The notes beneath the pieces were generated by a model. That model had not been told where the DNA came from. It saw only the letters and a list, made by a program, of their open reading frames with translations, and did not search any database. Positions 14,031 through 26,005 of a stretch of 64,000 bases of DNA are shown here, one piece after another. The position numbers were made by a program, and so were the translations under genes. Origin of the DNA: Lama guanicoe (Eukaryota); NCBI GenBank assembly GCA_013239625.1, contig MU053513.1, positions 3,826,303 through 3,890,302 of the forward strand, given 5' to 3'. How positions within the stretch are numbered: the stretch's first letter is position 1; each line of letters begins with the position of its first letter.

Positions 14031-14083
14031 AAAAAAATGTGTCCCTAATTGCTTTTTCAGTCAGGAATACATAGGAGTTGGAA

Positions 14084-14201
14084 TTTTTTTTTTCATTTTT
14101 TTCTCTGTGATTTATCATAACATTTTGTGTATATTTCCCTGTGCTATACAGTGTAATCTTGTTTATCTATTCTACAATTTTGAAATCCCAGTCTATCCCT
14201 T
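14084..14201 (-). mobile_element. ~110-bp fragment of the young L1 3'UTR with an A10 tail
   Basis: 14094-14201 aligns closely to 53935-54041 (e.g. ttccctgtgctatacagtgtaatcttgtttatctattctacaattttgaaatccca); T10 at 14084-14093. Confidence 0.88.
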
Positions 14202-17199
14202 TAATAAGCAAGTTTTTAAAAGATTTCTCTTGGGTGAAATTTGTTAGTCTTAAAGTAATTATTTAATTAATAACTTGTAATTACTTATAACTTAAGTAAT
14301 ATCTTGCCAGGTAATAACTTGCAAAGTAATAATAGCTTTAAGTTTCAAGTCTGACTTTTACCAGTAAAGAAAACTCTTTTCTCTTAACCTAAATTAGGGA
14401 GGTTTTCTTATAGAAGCATGTAATTTCATTAGTAACAAATAACTGATGGTCTATTAGAATTTTGATACCTGAGTCACACTGTTCAAAAACATACTCAAAG
14501 AAAAGTGGAAAACCAAATCAAGAAGGCTAGCAATTGTGCTTGCCAATATGGTATCATGCCTCTCACTAAATCAAAGTTCCACAGTATCGTGGATAACTTT
14601 TTAAAATAGTCATGACTATCATAGATGAGTCTTATTTTGTAGAAAAGTGCAGTTTCATGGGGGGATGTGTAGAAGGTGGCTGTCTCACTGTCCTAGGATG
14701 ACACATGGAGATATTAATGATGGTTCCTTCTGTGTGTCAAAGGTACAGCAAACCCTATTTTCAAACAATGCAGGATAGTGTTGGACCATCTGGTAAATAG
14801 TTAGGAAGATAGATCCATCTGACTGGCTGTTATAGATTATAGCTAGTTACAGAGTCTGAAAAATTTAGATATTCTTAACAAAGAGTAATTATTTCCACCC
14901 ATATAACATTCCAGGGATGGCTGGCAAGATCAACCTTTCACAGCCTGTTCACATTCCTGTGGCGGTAGAATCATCAGAAGTATTACCTTGCATTGTCAAG
15001 CACATTAATATACACATAATTTTCAAAATACATCAGTGGTTATGATAAAGAACTAAAAAACTTATGCTTTTTAAAAAGATGACTTAAAAGGGAAATTTGA
15101 GCAAAATGAGTAAATAAAATAGTTTAAAACATAATATAAGGTTTTTACTTCATTTAAAAAATCCACTTCCAAACAAAAATGTATAGTATCATAATAAGCA
15201 TGAGGCATCTACTCACATAAGCATCTTAATTTGAAAGTACTAGAATTAAGTGTTCCTACGTCTTTCTTTCTTAGTCACTCTATTTATAAATGAATAAATG
15301 TATGCTATAAACATGTGTTCATATTAAATATATATTCACATAACATCAGTTCAGCTAATCACAAGCCATATCTTCCTATCTCATCTCAGGAGCACGCAAT
15401 AAAATTTAAACTACCCAAGTTACCAAAATCAACTTTACTTATTTACTTTTTTTAAGAAATAACAGATCTGGAAAAGATACATGGTTTCTGATAGTGGGGA
15501 ACCAAGATTTTGAGAGTTCATGAATATCTAGTGAAGGAACTTGTAAAAGAAATTTCTGTTGTTACATATTGTAGTAGTTTTTTCTCACATTTAGCTCCAT
15601 TTTCTTTCTCTCTACAAAAAAAAAGGCCCGAATCAATGTAAAAAATCCCATCCGCAACCCCCCAAAAGCAAAAAACAAAAAAACAACTTTGTTCATATGA
15701 TATTTCCCTTGAGGTCTTAATCGGTTTAGTCTGTAGGATTTCCTTTTTGGGTGACATTATCAGAAGAAATTACCCTGTACCATTACCTATGGTCAATGAG
15801 GTTTGACAGGCTTTCCTTCTCTCTCGTCTGCATCTAAGCAGAGGTTGCAAGCAATTCCCTGAGACAGGAAGGTGTCGTCTAGACGTGACCCTTTGAAGTT
15901 TCTTTAACTTCCATCTTCAGCTCACTGAAATTTCATTTTGGAGGGTCATCAACCTTAAACTCTCAGAGCCTGTGGACGATGCTGCTTTATTTACTATCAC
16001 CATTTACTGTAGTGTTTGGTACTGGAGGAAAAGTCAGGCTAGCTATGGAATTTGCCTGTAATTCATTCAGTATCAACCTTGGGTGGCCCTTACTTGGGCA
16101 GTGGCTTCGGGCCAGGGAGGAATACAGGGAGAAGCTGAGAAGAGAACTTTGCAAATTGGGACGGTCCAAGGGAGTTTATCTCAATTATGCAATAGTAATT
16201 TTTTGTTTGTTTTTTCTGGGGAACAGTGCATTCATTGCAAATTTGCAGATTAAAACATAGTAATCTATAATAAAAGAAAAGAATGGTGCTCTAGCCAATT
16301 TCTTAACTAATTTTGAAAGCTTGCATTGTTTTTTTTTTTTGTCTTACATTACTCCCGTGAAGCAATATGGTTAAATTCTCTTAATACTAGCATATTGGGC
16401 AAAGTTTCAAAAGAGTGAAAGTCTGTCACTTTGGGAAAAAACGCTTATTTCCTACAATGTACCTTTCCAATGGATAGAAGATTGTGGATAAGTATTGATA
16501 TTTCTCTCTTCAGCATAGTCCTTGACTTATTCATTCTGAGTACACTAAAGAAATAGAAACCTTAATAAGCCCTGAAACTCCTTTAGACTTTTATTCAAAA
16601 ACAAATAACAACTTCCAGAAGTCAGTCTTACAGCCAAAAGGTACTTATTATGAGGCATGGGGAAAATGGGGGTAAAGTGGGGGTTGAAAAAAATTCTACA
16701 TTTTTTTTTCTTTTACTGATAAAAGGATAAACTTTAGTGTTGTTTCATATTACATACCTATTTTGTTTGTTTTAATAACAGTAACTTCCTGCATGTGTTC
16801 CTCCTGCTGTAGGAAAAAGCTTTATTCACTTCAAATTTACATCTGTCTTGTCTGGGTTGCAGTTTTAGGGAAAATGTGGAAGTGGTCAGTTTTCCAAAGT
16901 ACTTTTTCTAAGTAGGGCTTTATGGTTCCTCTACCAAGGCCTTTAAAGTGGGGAGACTTACTAATAAGTAAGGCCACATGGTGGGAACAGGGCTCTTAGA
17001 AAGCCCCAAGAAATGCACTGATATTTCCCAGGTAGTGCTCTAGATCTCTTAGAATCACATAATTGAACTGAGTCCTAAAATTTTGGGAGATGATGTTTTG
17101 GATTAATTCCTATCAAAGAGGAGTGAAAGGAAGAGAGGTAGCAGCATAAATACTGCTAGCCAGAGAGAGCAGTCTTAGGAATAACACTTTTTGTCTTAT

Positions 17200-17415
17200 G
17201 GGGTGGTCTGTAGTTTAAAACAGCATTTTATCTATATATCATCTCACTATGATTTTGATCCTAAAAATAATCTTTATTGAATAGGCCATCATCAAATGGT
17301 CATTATGAAATTTCCATTTTTTAAGGTATGGAAGCTAAGGCTTCTGCTTAGTAACATTCTTAAATTTGCATAGTTAGTAAAGGGCAAAGGATTAAAACCA
17401 GGTCTTCTGATTGTA
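17200..17415 (-). mobile_element. MIR SINE, degraded
   Basis: ccatttttaaggtatggaagctaaggct...gttagtaaagggcaaaggattaaaaccaggtcttctga. Confidence 0.6.
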
Positions 17416-18460
17416 AGATCTTACCATTACACCAAAATTTAATGAGGATTCCTTGGTGGGAAGGGAATTACAGAGAAATTTGGTTTCTTGAGATTTGTCA
17501 AAGGCTAATGTATAAGCATCATTGAGCCTGAGAATAAGTAAAATCTGTAAAGTGAGAGCAAATACGCATTTTTTAAACACCAACAAATTGATTTATAAAG
17601 TTTTTTACATTTTTTTCAAAGAATTTTACTGATGCTCAGTTTTAATTTGGTAGACTTTTTGTACATTTTCACTTGCATATATAACCACTTGATGTGTCAT
17701 AAACATTCCTCCCGAATTATACCACATATCTTTAGAAGATAGTTTTCCAACTATTTTTCCGAACAAGTTATGTGGCACGTAGGATAAAGTAAAATTTTAA
17801 AATCTGATATTTATGGTTGGGGACCGAGAAAGGCAGTCTTAAGACTTCTAAGGGATGAAAAATTACACATTATAAATATCTAAAAGAGTTACTAAGATTA
17901 TTTTCTTTGTAAGTCAAATGAGTAAGTTTTTATTGTGAATTCAGTTGGAGACTGAATTTTCTATTTTTGTTTATTTTTTAATTCACTATATCCTAGAAAA
18001 ATTATTGAATATATATTCTTAAAAGCCCACCCTTAAACCTAATGATGAAGTTTTAAAAAGTAAAATTCCATTATTTGTTGCTTAGAATATCATATACCAA
18101 TATTGTATGGCCACAAATATTTAAAACTAAAAGTAAAAAAACAAAAAAAGGAATATAGTTAAATATTTTAATGGTGAGATTGTGTGATTTTTTTTTTCTT
18201 TGAGTAGTTTGGTTTCTAATGTTTCAGTAAAAATTGTTGTGTATAATTTTTATAATAATTTTTAAATTAAAAACAAAATATGAGGAAAATAATTTAAAAC
18301 CTGAGAATTTATCATGATATCATTTGTTTAATAACGTTCTTTCTGTTTACTATTATTGCAGTTTTTTCTGGTCTGTTACAACTTACTTTCTATTTCCTGA
18401 TTTTGTAAATTAATTGGACTCATCATTAGTACTTTATTGTCTAGCAGAATCAGAGGATTT

Positions 18461-18485
18461 ACACACATACACACACACACACACA
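18461..18485. repeat. (CA)n microsatellite
   Basis: acacacatacacacacacacacaca. Confidence 0.85.
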
Positions 18486-19464
18486 AAGGATCTCACTGTG
18501 ATCCTGAATCATTCCAGTAATTTTATTGGGCCTTAAACTGTTCTGAGCCTGAAAGAAACACTATTTAAAATGTACAGACTCATCTGGTAGTGATTTGTCA
18601 TTTACCATGTTTTGGACTCACAGCCAGATCAGCTGTTGCCAAAAGAAGGCAGACAGGGGAATAAAATTATTATAAAGAAAAGACTTGGAAATACACTGAA
18701 TGAAGGAAAATGAGATAAACTCAAACAAAATCTAGGATGAAAGGGACTCCCAGAAATGAAGGGGGTTAAAAAAAGAAGAGGACTCTATCCCTCTAGTTTT
18801 CTTTTTTTCCTCCCTGCCCTTGACATATCAAGTATTAGTCTTTAAACTTATTTAATTAATTGAATAACTAGGAATAGATTTCCTCTAACATATTAGTCAA
18901 ATTGATTCTATGACCTGAAAATTCACCCCTGTAGTTACTCCTTCACCAACGCTTTAGTAGTTTTAAATGTAATATCTATCAGGTTTGTCTCTTGAACTCA
19001 CTATTCCTCAGACTCAGTCAATAAAATATGTAAATTTATAATGTAAAGAAGTTTAAGATAAAGACAGTTTAAATCTAAGAAGAAGACATTATGCACCAAA
19101 AATTTCAAGTGTACTGGGAGATCAGATCTGGGTCCTATAATTTTAGTAAAAAAACACTGAATAAAGAGAAAAAGATACCATATAGATAAATCCCTGCAAT
19201 CCATTGAACCTTTTGTCTTATGGGAGCTATTATTATAAAACAGACAATATTGATGATGACCATGAGATAACAAATAGAAGACACTTAGATAACTTGTTTA
19301 TCTTGTAATCTGTCTGAAATGTAGAGAACTTCTCAGGATGATGAAGACAATTTATATATGCCCAAGAAACTAGTAAAATAATTTAGAATGTCAGATTGAT
19401 TCATATGTCTGAAATAGTAATTTGAAGGATTCGTTTTTGAAGGAATTGTTTACTTAAATTCAGA

Positions 19465-19715
19465 AGGTATTGTATAATGTAAGTGGAAAAGGCATTGACT
19501 TGGCATCAGGCAAACCTGGGCTAGAATCCCAACTATACCACTTACAACCTGGATGACCATGGGCAAATTATTTAACAGCTTCCTCATACATAAAGGGGGC
19601 ATGGGTTGTAATAATATCTTACTCATAGGATTCTTGCTGATAATGTAACTATAGTGCCTAGAATGACAACTGATATGTATAGGGAGTTCAGTCAATTGTG
19701 GCCACCATTATTATA
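19465..19715 (+). mobile_element. MIR SINE, near full length
   Basis: aggcaaacctgggctagaatcccaactataccacttacaacctggatgaccatgggcaaattatttaac. Confidence 0.85.
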
Positions 19716-20909
19716 ACATTTCTAATGATTACTTTATTCTTAGCGTTTAAATTCCTAACATTTCATAATTTTAAAAAGTATAAACATGCTTAATTTTTTT
19801 ATGTGAAGTTCTTCTAGGATTGTTTCTTGATCATATCATGGTGACTTCTGTCATCTTGAAATAGGTTGGTGCATAGTTTGGGGTAAAGGAGCAGACCTGA
19901 ATTTGGAGGTTGGTATTCTCAAGTTTACCATGCTGGCTTTCTGGGCCATTATCCTGCTGAAGCTAAATTTATAGCTCAGTATTCTGCTTTTTGGCCATAG
20001 GAAAGGCAAAAGTGTTATGGCCCATTGCTAGGAAAGGAAAAGAAAAAAGGGCAACTCAGGAATCCCTCTGCTGTTCCAAGAGTTGGTACTGTTATTACGG
20101 CCACTATAACCTGTGGGGTAAGCATGTCTTTTGTGCCCACACCATTTGTCATGGGTTCATTGGTCTTATTATTTAAGAAAGAAAAGAAGTTGCTTAATGT
20201 TTATGCTTATAATTTTTATACCAACAAAATATTTTACAAAGCTATTATGTGGGAATGTTTTAGGACTCATGAGATCTCTCTGATGATTTTTTTTCAATGT
20301 TCATTAAAGCAAGAGTTTATCTTTTATTGCTTTGCATTACCTGTGGTGCCTAAGTTATGGTCTTGCATGTTTAAGTTTTTAAATAAAAGTTAATTGATAC
20401 ACAAATTCCTTTTTTTTGAGGTCTTGTCCTTTTCATGAATTTTTGTGAGCAATATAATATGGATGATTCTAAAGCTTTTCTACCATAACCATTGTGCTTT
20501 AACCATCCAAAAATGCTGCAGACAAAACAAAGTATGTAGAATAGTGATTGAATTGAAGGCTTCTATCCCTACAAGTTCTTAAAATAAGCATCACATATAC
20601 CTATTAAACATGAAATAGGTGTAAGAACAATAATTAAATATGTTTACATCAATCCAGTAGGCATCAACCCAAGGTATTTATCAACTAAAAGAACTCTGTG
20701 TTCCCAGATGAGGCAGTGGAGACCAGAGACTTATTTCCCTCAAAGCCAGTTTCAGCAGTGACCCTCTTCCAAGGGTCACTTGAAATTCTTCTAAGAATTT
20801 AACTTTATGGCCATCACTTTTAAAAATGATTTTTCTATTGAAATAAAAACAATGTACTTTATTTTAGAATATTTGGAAAATACAGATATTATGTGTGATA
20901 ATTTTTTAC

Positions 20910-21300
20910 AAAATGATTCCCAGTGAACCATGCTTATGTGAATTCAAGGCCTGTGTAGTCCTGTCTCACGTCGAATCTGGGCTGGCCTTGTGATTTGTTT
21001 GGTCTAACAGAATGGAGTGAAAGTGGGCTTGTGCAGATTCTAGGTTTAGGCTTTAAAAAAGCCTTGCAGCATTTTCTTATCCTGAGATACCCTATAAAGA
21101 AACCTGAGTTTGTTTTTTGAGGATGAGAAATCTATGAAAGAGAGATTCAGCCAGACCCCAGCCATTCCAGCCATACTAGCCTAGGGCCTTAACAGGTGGG
21201 TGAAACTATCTTGGATCCCCTGGCTCTAGTCAGACTGCAAGCTGCCTGCAGATGCATGAGTGAGCCCAGTTAATACCCTGTGGAGCAGACATAAACTAAC
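20910..21300 (+). mobile_element. MaLR LTR (MLT1F/G/H-like) within old L1ME remnants
   Basis: gaatctgggctggccttgtgatttgtttggtctaacagaatggagtgaaagtg...cagccattccagcca...tgcatgagtgagccca. Confidence 0.75.
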
Positions 21301-21539
21301 ATTTTGGAGTAACTCATATTGCATAGAGAGTCTGTAACTTCCTTTTTTCATTTAACATTGTATCATGAATATTTTTTCATACAATTAATCTTTAAAATAT
21401 TTAGATTTAAAAGAGAAAGACACATAAAAATAAAATCAACAACCAAAACAAAAACACCATTAAAATTATTTAAAAATTGAGCAGTATATGTTCTCTGTAT
21501 TAATGATGGCATAAATATATGTGGGATCTAGGCTATGCT

Positions 21540-21995
21540 GTGTATTAGTTACCTATTGCTATGAAACAAATCACTCCAAAACTTAATTACTTGGCAGTAA
21601 ACATTTTTTACCTCTCACAGTTTCAGGCAGGAATTCAGGAGTGGCTTATCTTGGTGGTTCTGGCTCTGGCTCTGTGCTGAGATTGTAGTCAAGATGTTGG
21701 CTGGCCTGTAGTCATCTGAAACCTTTACTAAGGCTGGTATATTCACTTCCCAGGTGTCTTACTCAACAGGTTGACAAGTTAGTCCCTTTTGTTGGTGGGA
21801 GGCCTCAGTTTCCCCTAATGTGGGCCTCTCCACAGGGCTGGGTGAGTGTTCTCAGGACACGGTGCTGGCTTTCCCCATATCAGGTGATCCAAGAACCTAT
21901 GGTGGAAGCCGTGATGCCTTTTATGACCTAGGCTCAGAACTTATATACTGTTACTTCTGTAATATCATCTTAGTCATCCAGGTAAGCCTATTCAG
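21540..21995 (-). mobile_element. MaLR LTR (MLT1G/H-like)
   Basis: tgtattagttacctattgctatgaaacaaatcactccaaaactta...caggaattcaggagtggctta...atgccttttatgacctaggctcagaa. Confidence 0.8.
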
Positions 21996-22599
21996 TGATG
22001 TAAATCACCTTTGCTGAAATACAGAACAATAGAAATGACCATTAGAAATATGTTGACAATACTGGAAAATGACAGAATATTGGACCAAAATTGCTATAGA
22101 ATGAAAAGAGTTTTATTGAAATATAACTTTAGGACTTGAGACATAAGTGTTGTGTAAGCTATGGAAAACAAGGTTTACATGTTCTTTTTGGAAGAAAAAA
22201 TTTATTTATTACTAAAAGTCATAAATGGTGGAGAATAGGCTAATGATAAGTGAAGAAATTAAGTTGGATTTCAGGATTTTAGTGAAACAGTATAGTAAGA
22301 GAAAATTTCCACCTTGAGTTATAAAAATTCTCTGTTGAAGATTATGCAGAAAACTGAGCTGAAAAGCAACTTAAAACTATTTTAAAAAGCTTTAACACTG
22401 AGTTAGTGCACATAGTATGAATCTACATAAAGTAGACTTAAGATATCTTCTGATGGATAAAATTGATTTCTAATGTAGATAATCAATCTGGAAATTGCAG
22501 GTATTATCAAAGAGTTATTATTATTTTTTAAGTAACAGTTTTCCTTTGATTTATCCACACAACCAAAACTGATCCATAGAATCCTAGTAGACTGGAAGA

Positions 22600-22830
22600 T
22601 ACTTTGGCAATCAATGAGACAGCCTTCACGTCTAATACAATAATTCTTCTTTTAGTTTTTTTTTAATAGATGTGTATCTTTTACTTGGATATCTCTGTTG
22701 GGCAATTCTAGTTTTTAAAATTTTCTTTATGTTGAGTCATAATGTAACATTTCGTGATCCATCTATTTCTGCCTTTAGAGTAGCAGATGATTAATCTACT
22801 TCTTCTACACGATGGTCTTCAAATATGTGC
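22600..22830 (-). mobile_element. L3/CR1 fragment
   Basis: gggcaattctagtttttaaaattttctttatgttgagtca...tcttctacacgatggtcttcaaatat. Confidence 0.45.
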
Positions 22831-23019
22831 CTTCATCTTGCCTTCCCTATATCATATATACCAAGATCTGGGTTATTCAGAGACAGTGTTTATTGTCATT
22901 GTCTACTTTCTTTAGGACTTCATTTTGCTTCACTGTTCTATTGTAAAAGCAGTCTCGAGTGTGACTAGGAAATACAGATGTATGTTGATCTGATAGGATT
23001 TGAATTTAATACTTTACCA

Positions 23020-23135
23020 GAGTGTAAATCGTGTGAGGTCAGGGGCTATATATTTTTACTCAGTATTATATACCTACCATCTAATAGATTGTCTAGCACA
23101 TAATAAACAGTTGTTGAATAAATGAATGAATCAAT
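23020..23135 (+). mobile_element. LINE-2 3' end
   Basis: tgaggtcaggggcta...ctagcacataataaacagttgttgaataaatgaatgaa. Confidence 0.75.
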
Positions 23136-24975
23136 ACAGTTCAACTCAGCATATGTGTCTTCTGGCTTGATTCTAGATTTATTCCTTTCTTAAAATTTCA
23201 AGGTTACATTAATAATGGACAATAATACTTTATATATTTTTAAAGTTTATTCCAACATTTCAAAATATTTTGTGGACAAATTAGTGAACCATCCCTATAT
23301 TATTGGACAATGTCTTTCTTTGAACTAGTACTACCCTAATACCCTAAAGGTGTTTTTTAAAACCACGAAAATATATATATGTAATATATATTATGCCCAG
23401 TGGGAGGGGAAAGTGGAGGAGGAACAATTCTGTGAACTGAATTAAGCCCATATGACAAGGATAGCCTCCTCATTCTTATAAAAGTCAACCATGAAATTTT
23501 ATAATTCCTTTTTAAAAATAACAACAACAACAAAAGGAAACAAAAAATCCCACCTCTTTCTTCCATTTGGAAATCATTAGGTTTAGGTCTGGTTCAGAAT
23601 GAAGAGTTCTTATTGCATCATTTGCACACTTTCTTAAATTTACTGAAGCTGTTTGTTGTGAGTATAGATTTAGCCTCATTTTATTAAGCTTTTAGTAACT
23701 GACAGAATCAATGTCAAAGTTAAGAGGTTTACTTTACATTGAAGCTATTTATTGAGATTAGCTGGGGTGGTTTTAGCTTTCTTGTCAACTGTAAGCGGAA
23801 TCTACTTACTTGCTCTAGTCATTCAAGAATTACTGTTAAAGCTGCCAAAACACTTGCATCAGAAAGCCCCAACTCAATTATTCGATTGCTACCCAACTAA
23901 TCAAGGTGTGGTCAATACATTGGACCAAAGTGAGGAGCCCCTAAAACTTGGAAATAAGACTACTTTCTAAATGTAAGACAAATAAGAATCATTGAGTTTT
24001 ATATGAGATTACGCATCTGTAGAAACTGTTCATGTGTGCCTGAGGTTGTCTGTGGTTTAGACAAAATACTCTTACAAACTCAGTTTGCTCAGATTCTTTG
24101 CTTACAAAGCTACTTTCTGATTAATAAGTCAGTCTTCCAGGTATTTTGATTTGGAAGATCTACTTCCCTGAATAATAGTAATAGACCTGTGTCTGTGGTT
24201 GCTGGAAAAAAACATATTCCTCATTGTAAATGAATGTGTTGCTTCATGAATCAGCCCCTGGTGAGTTTAGCTAGCCTAAATCAGTATTCAGGAGCCTGTT
24301 CAACTCCAGGTGCACTGAAAACAACAAACAATAACCTCTCAGGTGTAAAGGTATAGGTATTGTATTATTAGCCCTTTTTATATCTATATGGACAGCTAAC
24401 ACCTCTCCTTTTATTTTATCCCTAATTTCTCACTTAACTTTAAACATTTTAAAGCATTACACTGTAGTTGTTAATATAGTGAGTAGATATCACCATCATC
24501 ATCATTTATCAAAATTCTAATTTGAACAAACAATTTTGGCAGTATGCAGAGTACCAGTTGGTTCAGCTCAATAAAATTTTCTCTGATGTGAGCTGAATTT
24601 TACAGAGAAGGAAAGGCTGGCTTATCAGATTGTGTATCTGCCTAACTTTGGTACCATCAACCCAATAATAACTATGTGACAAAGCATAATTATTATAATA
24701 TCCATAAAGAAAATATTTCAGAATTGTGCAGAATTATCTCATTCAGAATGTATTTAAGAGATTCATCATATATAAGCGAAACATTCTGTAAGCATTGAAA
24801 TGGAAGTAGGACTCTCAGATTTTAAATGAAAAATTCTGATGTCTTAAGTAAGAAATCTTTACTGTTTCAAGTGAGTTCCTAAAACCACTGTAATCTATTT
24901 TCAGGACCATGAAAACTGGGAAGAATATAAATATTTATTCAGATAATGTAATAACAGTAAAATATAATATGTGAG

Positions 24976-25427
24976 TGTGGTAATCAAAAAATGGCATCCC
25001 CAAAGATGTATTCATTCCATCATCCCTACACCCTTGACTATTACCTTATATGGCAAAAGATGTGAATAAATTAAGGCTCTCTTGAGAGGAAGAGTTTATC
25101 CTGAATTATCCAGTGGGCCCTTATATTCTTAAGAGAGAGACAGAGGGAGATTAAACAGACAGAGGAGGAGAAGATACACACACTGAAAAACAGGCAATAT
25201 AAAGGCAGAAAAGAGAGAGACGTGGCCACAGGCCAAGGAATGCCAATAATTGCTAGAAGCTGGAAGAGGCAGAGAATGGATTCTCCTCAGTCTCTGGAGG
25301 TAGTGCAGCCCTCTGACACCTTGAATTTGGACTTACGGCCTCCAGAACTACAAGAGAAGAAGTTTCTCTTGTTATAAGGCACTAAATTTGTGGTTAAGTT
25401 TTATAACAGATAGGGGAACATAATACA
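24976..25427 (+). mobile_element. MaLR solo LTR (MLT1C/D-like)
   Basis: TGTGG...TAATACA termini; gccaaggaatgcc...gaagctggaagaggcagagaatggattctcc...gcagccctctgacaccttga; 5-bp TSD gtgag/gtaag (4/5). Confidence 0.88.
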
Positions 25428-25889
25428 GTAAGTATAAGTTTGTTGAAATTTTGTTTTCCTCCCTAACTTAAAAATCATACTACTTCTTTTGGTGTTGAGT
25501 TATAGGTGGAAAGTACACAGTTTTACCTTTGGTGATATGCATTGTAGTCTTACATGTTTATATGGTATTTTGCTACACTAAAATGTTCTTCATTTTTTAA
25601 TAATGAAGAGTCATATATACTTGGCTTAAAAATATTTGGCTAGATTGATAAAGTGTCAGAATGATAAAAAGTAAGTTGTAGTCTAATTTACCTCAACACA
25701 ATTTGTCATGATTTTTTTGATATATTAATAAAAACACAGTGGCAACATATGTTGCTTATTTTGCTTTTTCTCTTTGACTTTCCATGTCCAACAGTACACA
25801 TTCTAGAGCCAAAGAAAGAAGCATTTATCTCAGACTCTCTGCTTGAGTGTTTGTACTTACAGACACTTTACAAAGAGATTCTTTATTTC

Positions 25890-26005
25890 CCTTTTTCCTT
25901 CATTCTCCAAGTATTTATTAAGTTTTTGTTATGTGCCATGGACTACTCAAAATGTTGAGGACATGGTGGTAGATGGGGTAGATATAGTCTTTTGTCTCCA
26001 GAGTC
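25890..26005 (-). mobile_element. LINE-2 3' end
   Basis: ttcattctccaagtatttattaagtttttgttatgtgcca. Confidence 0.65.

Noticed and set aside
14250..14345. Repeated gtaataacttg-like units
   Set aside because: Short low-complexity slippage repeat with no evidence of function.
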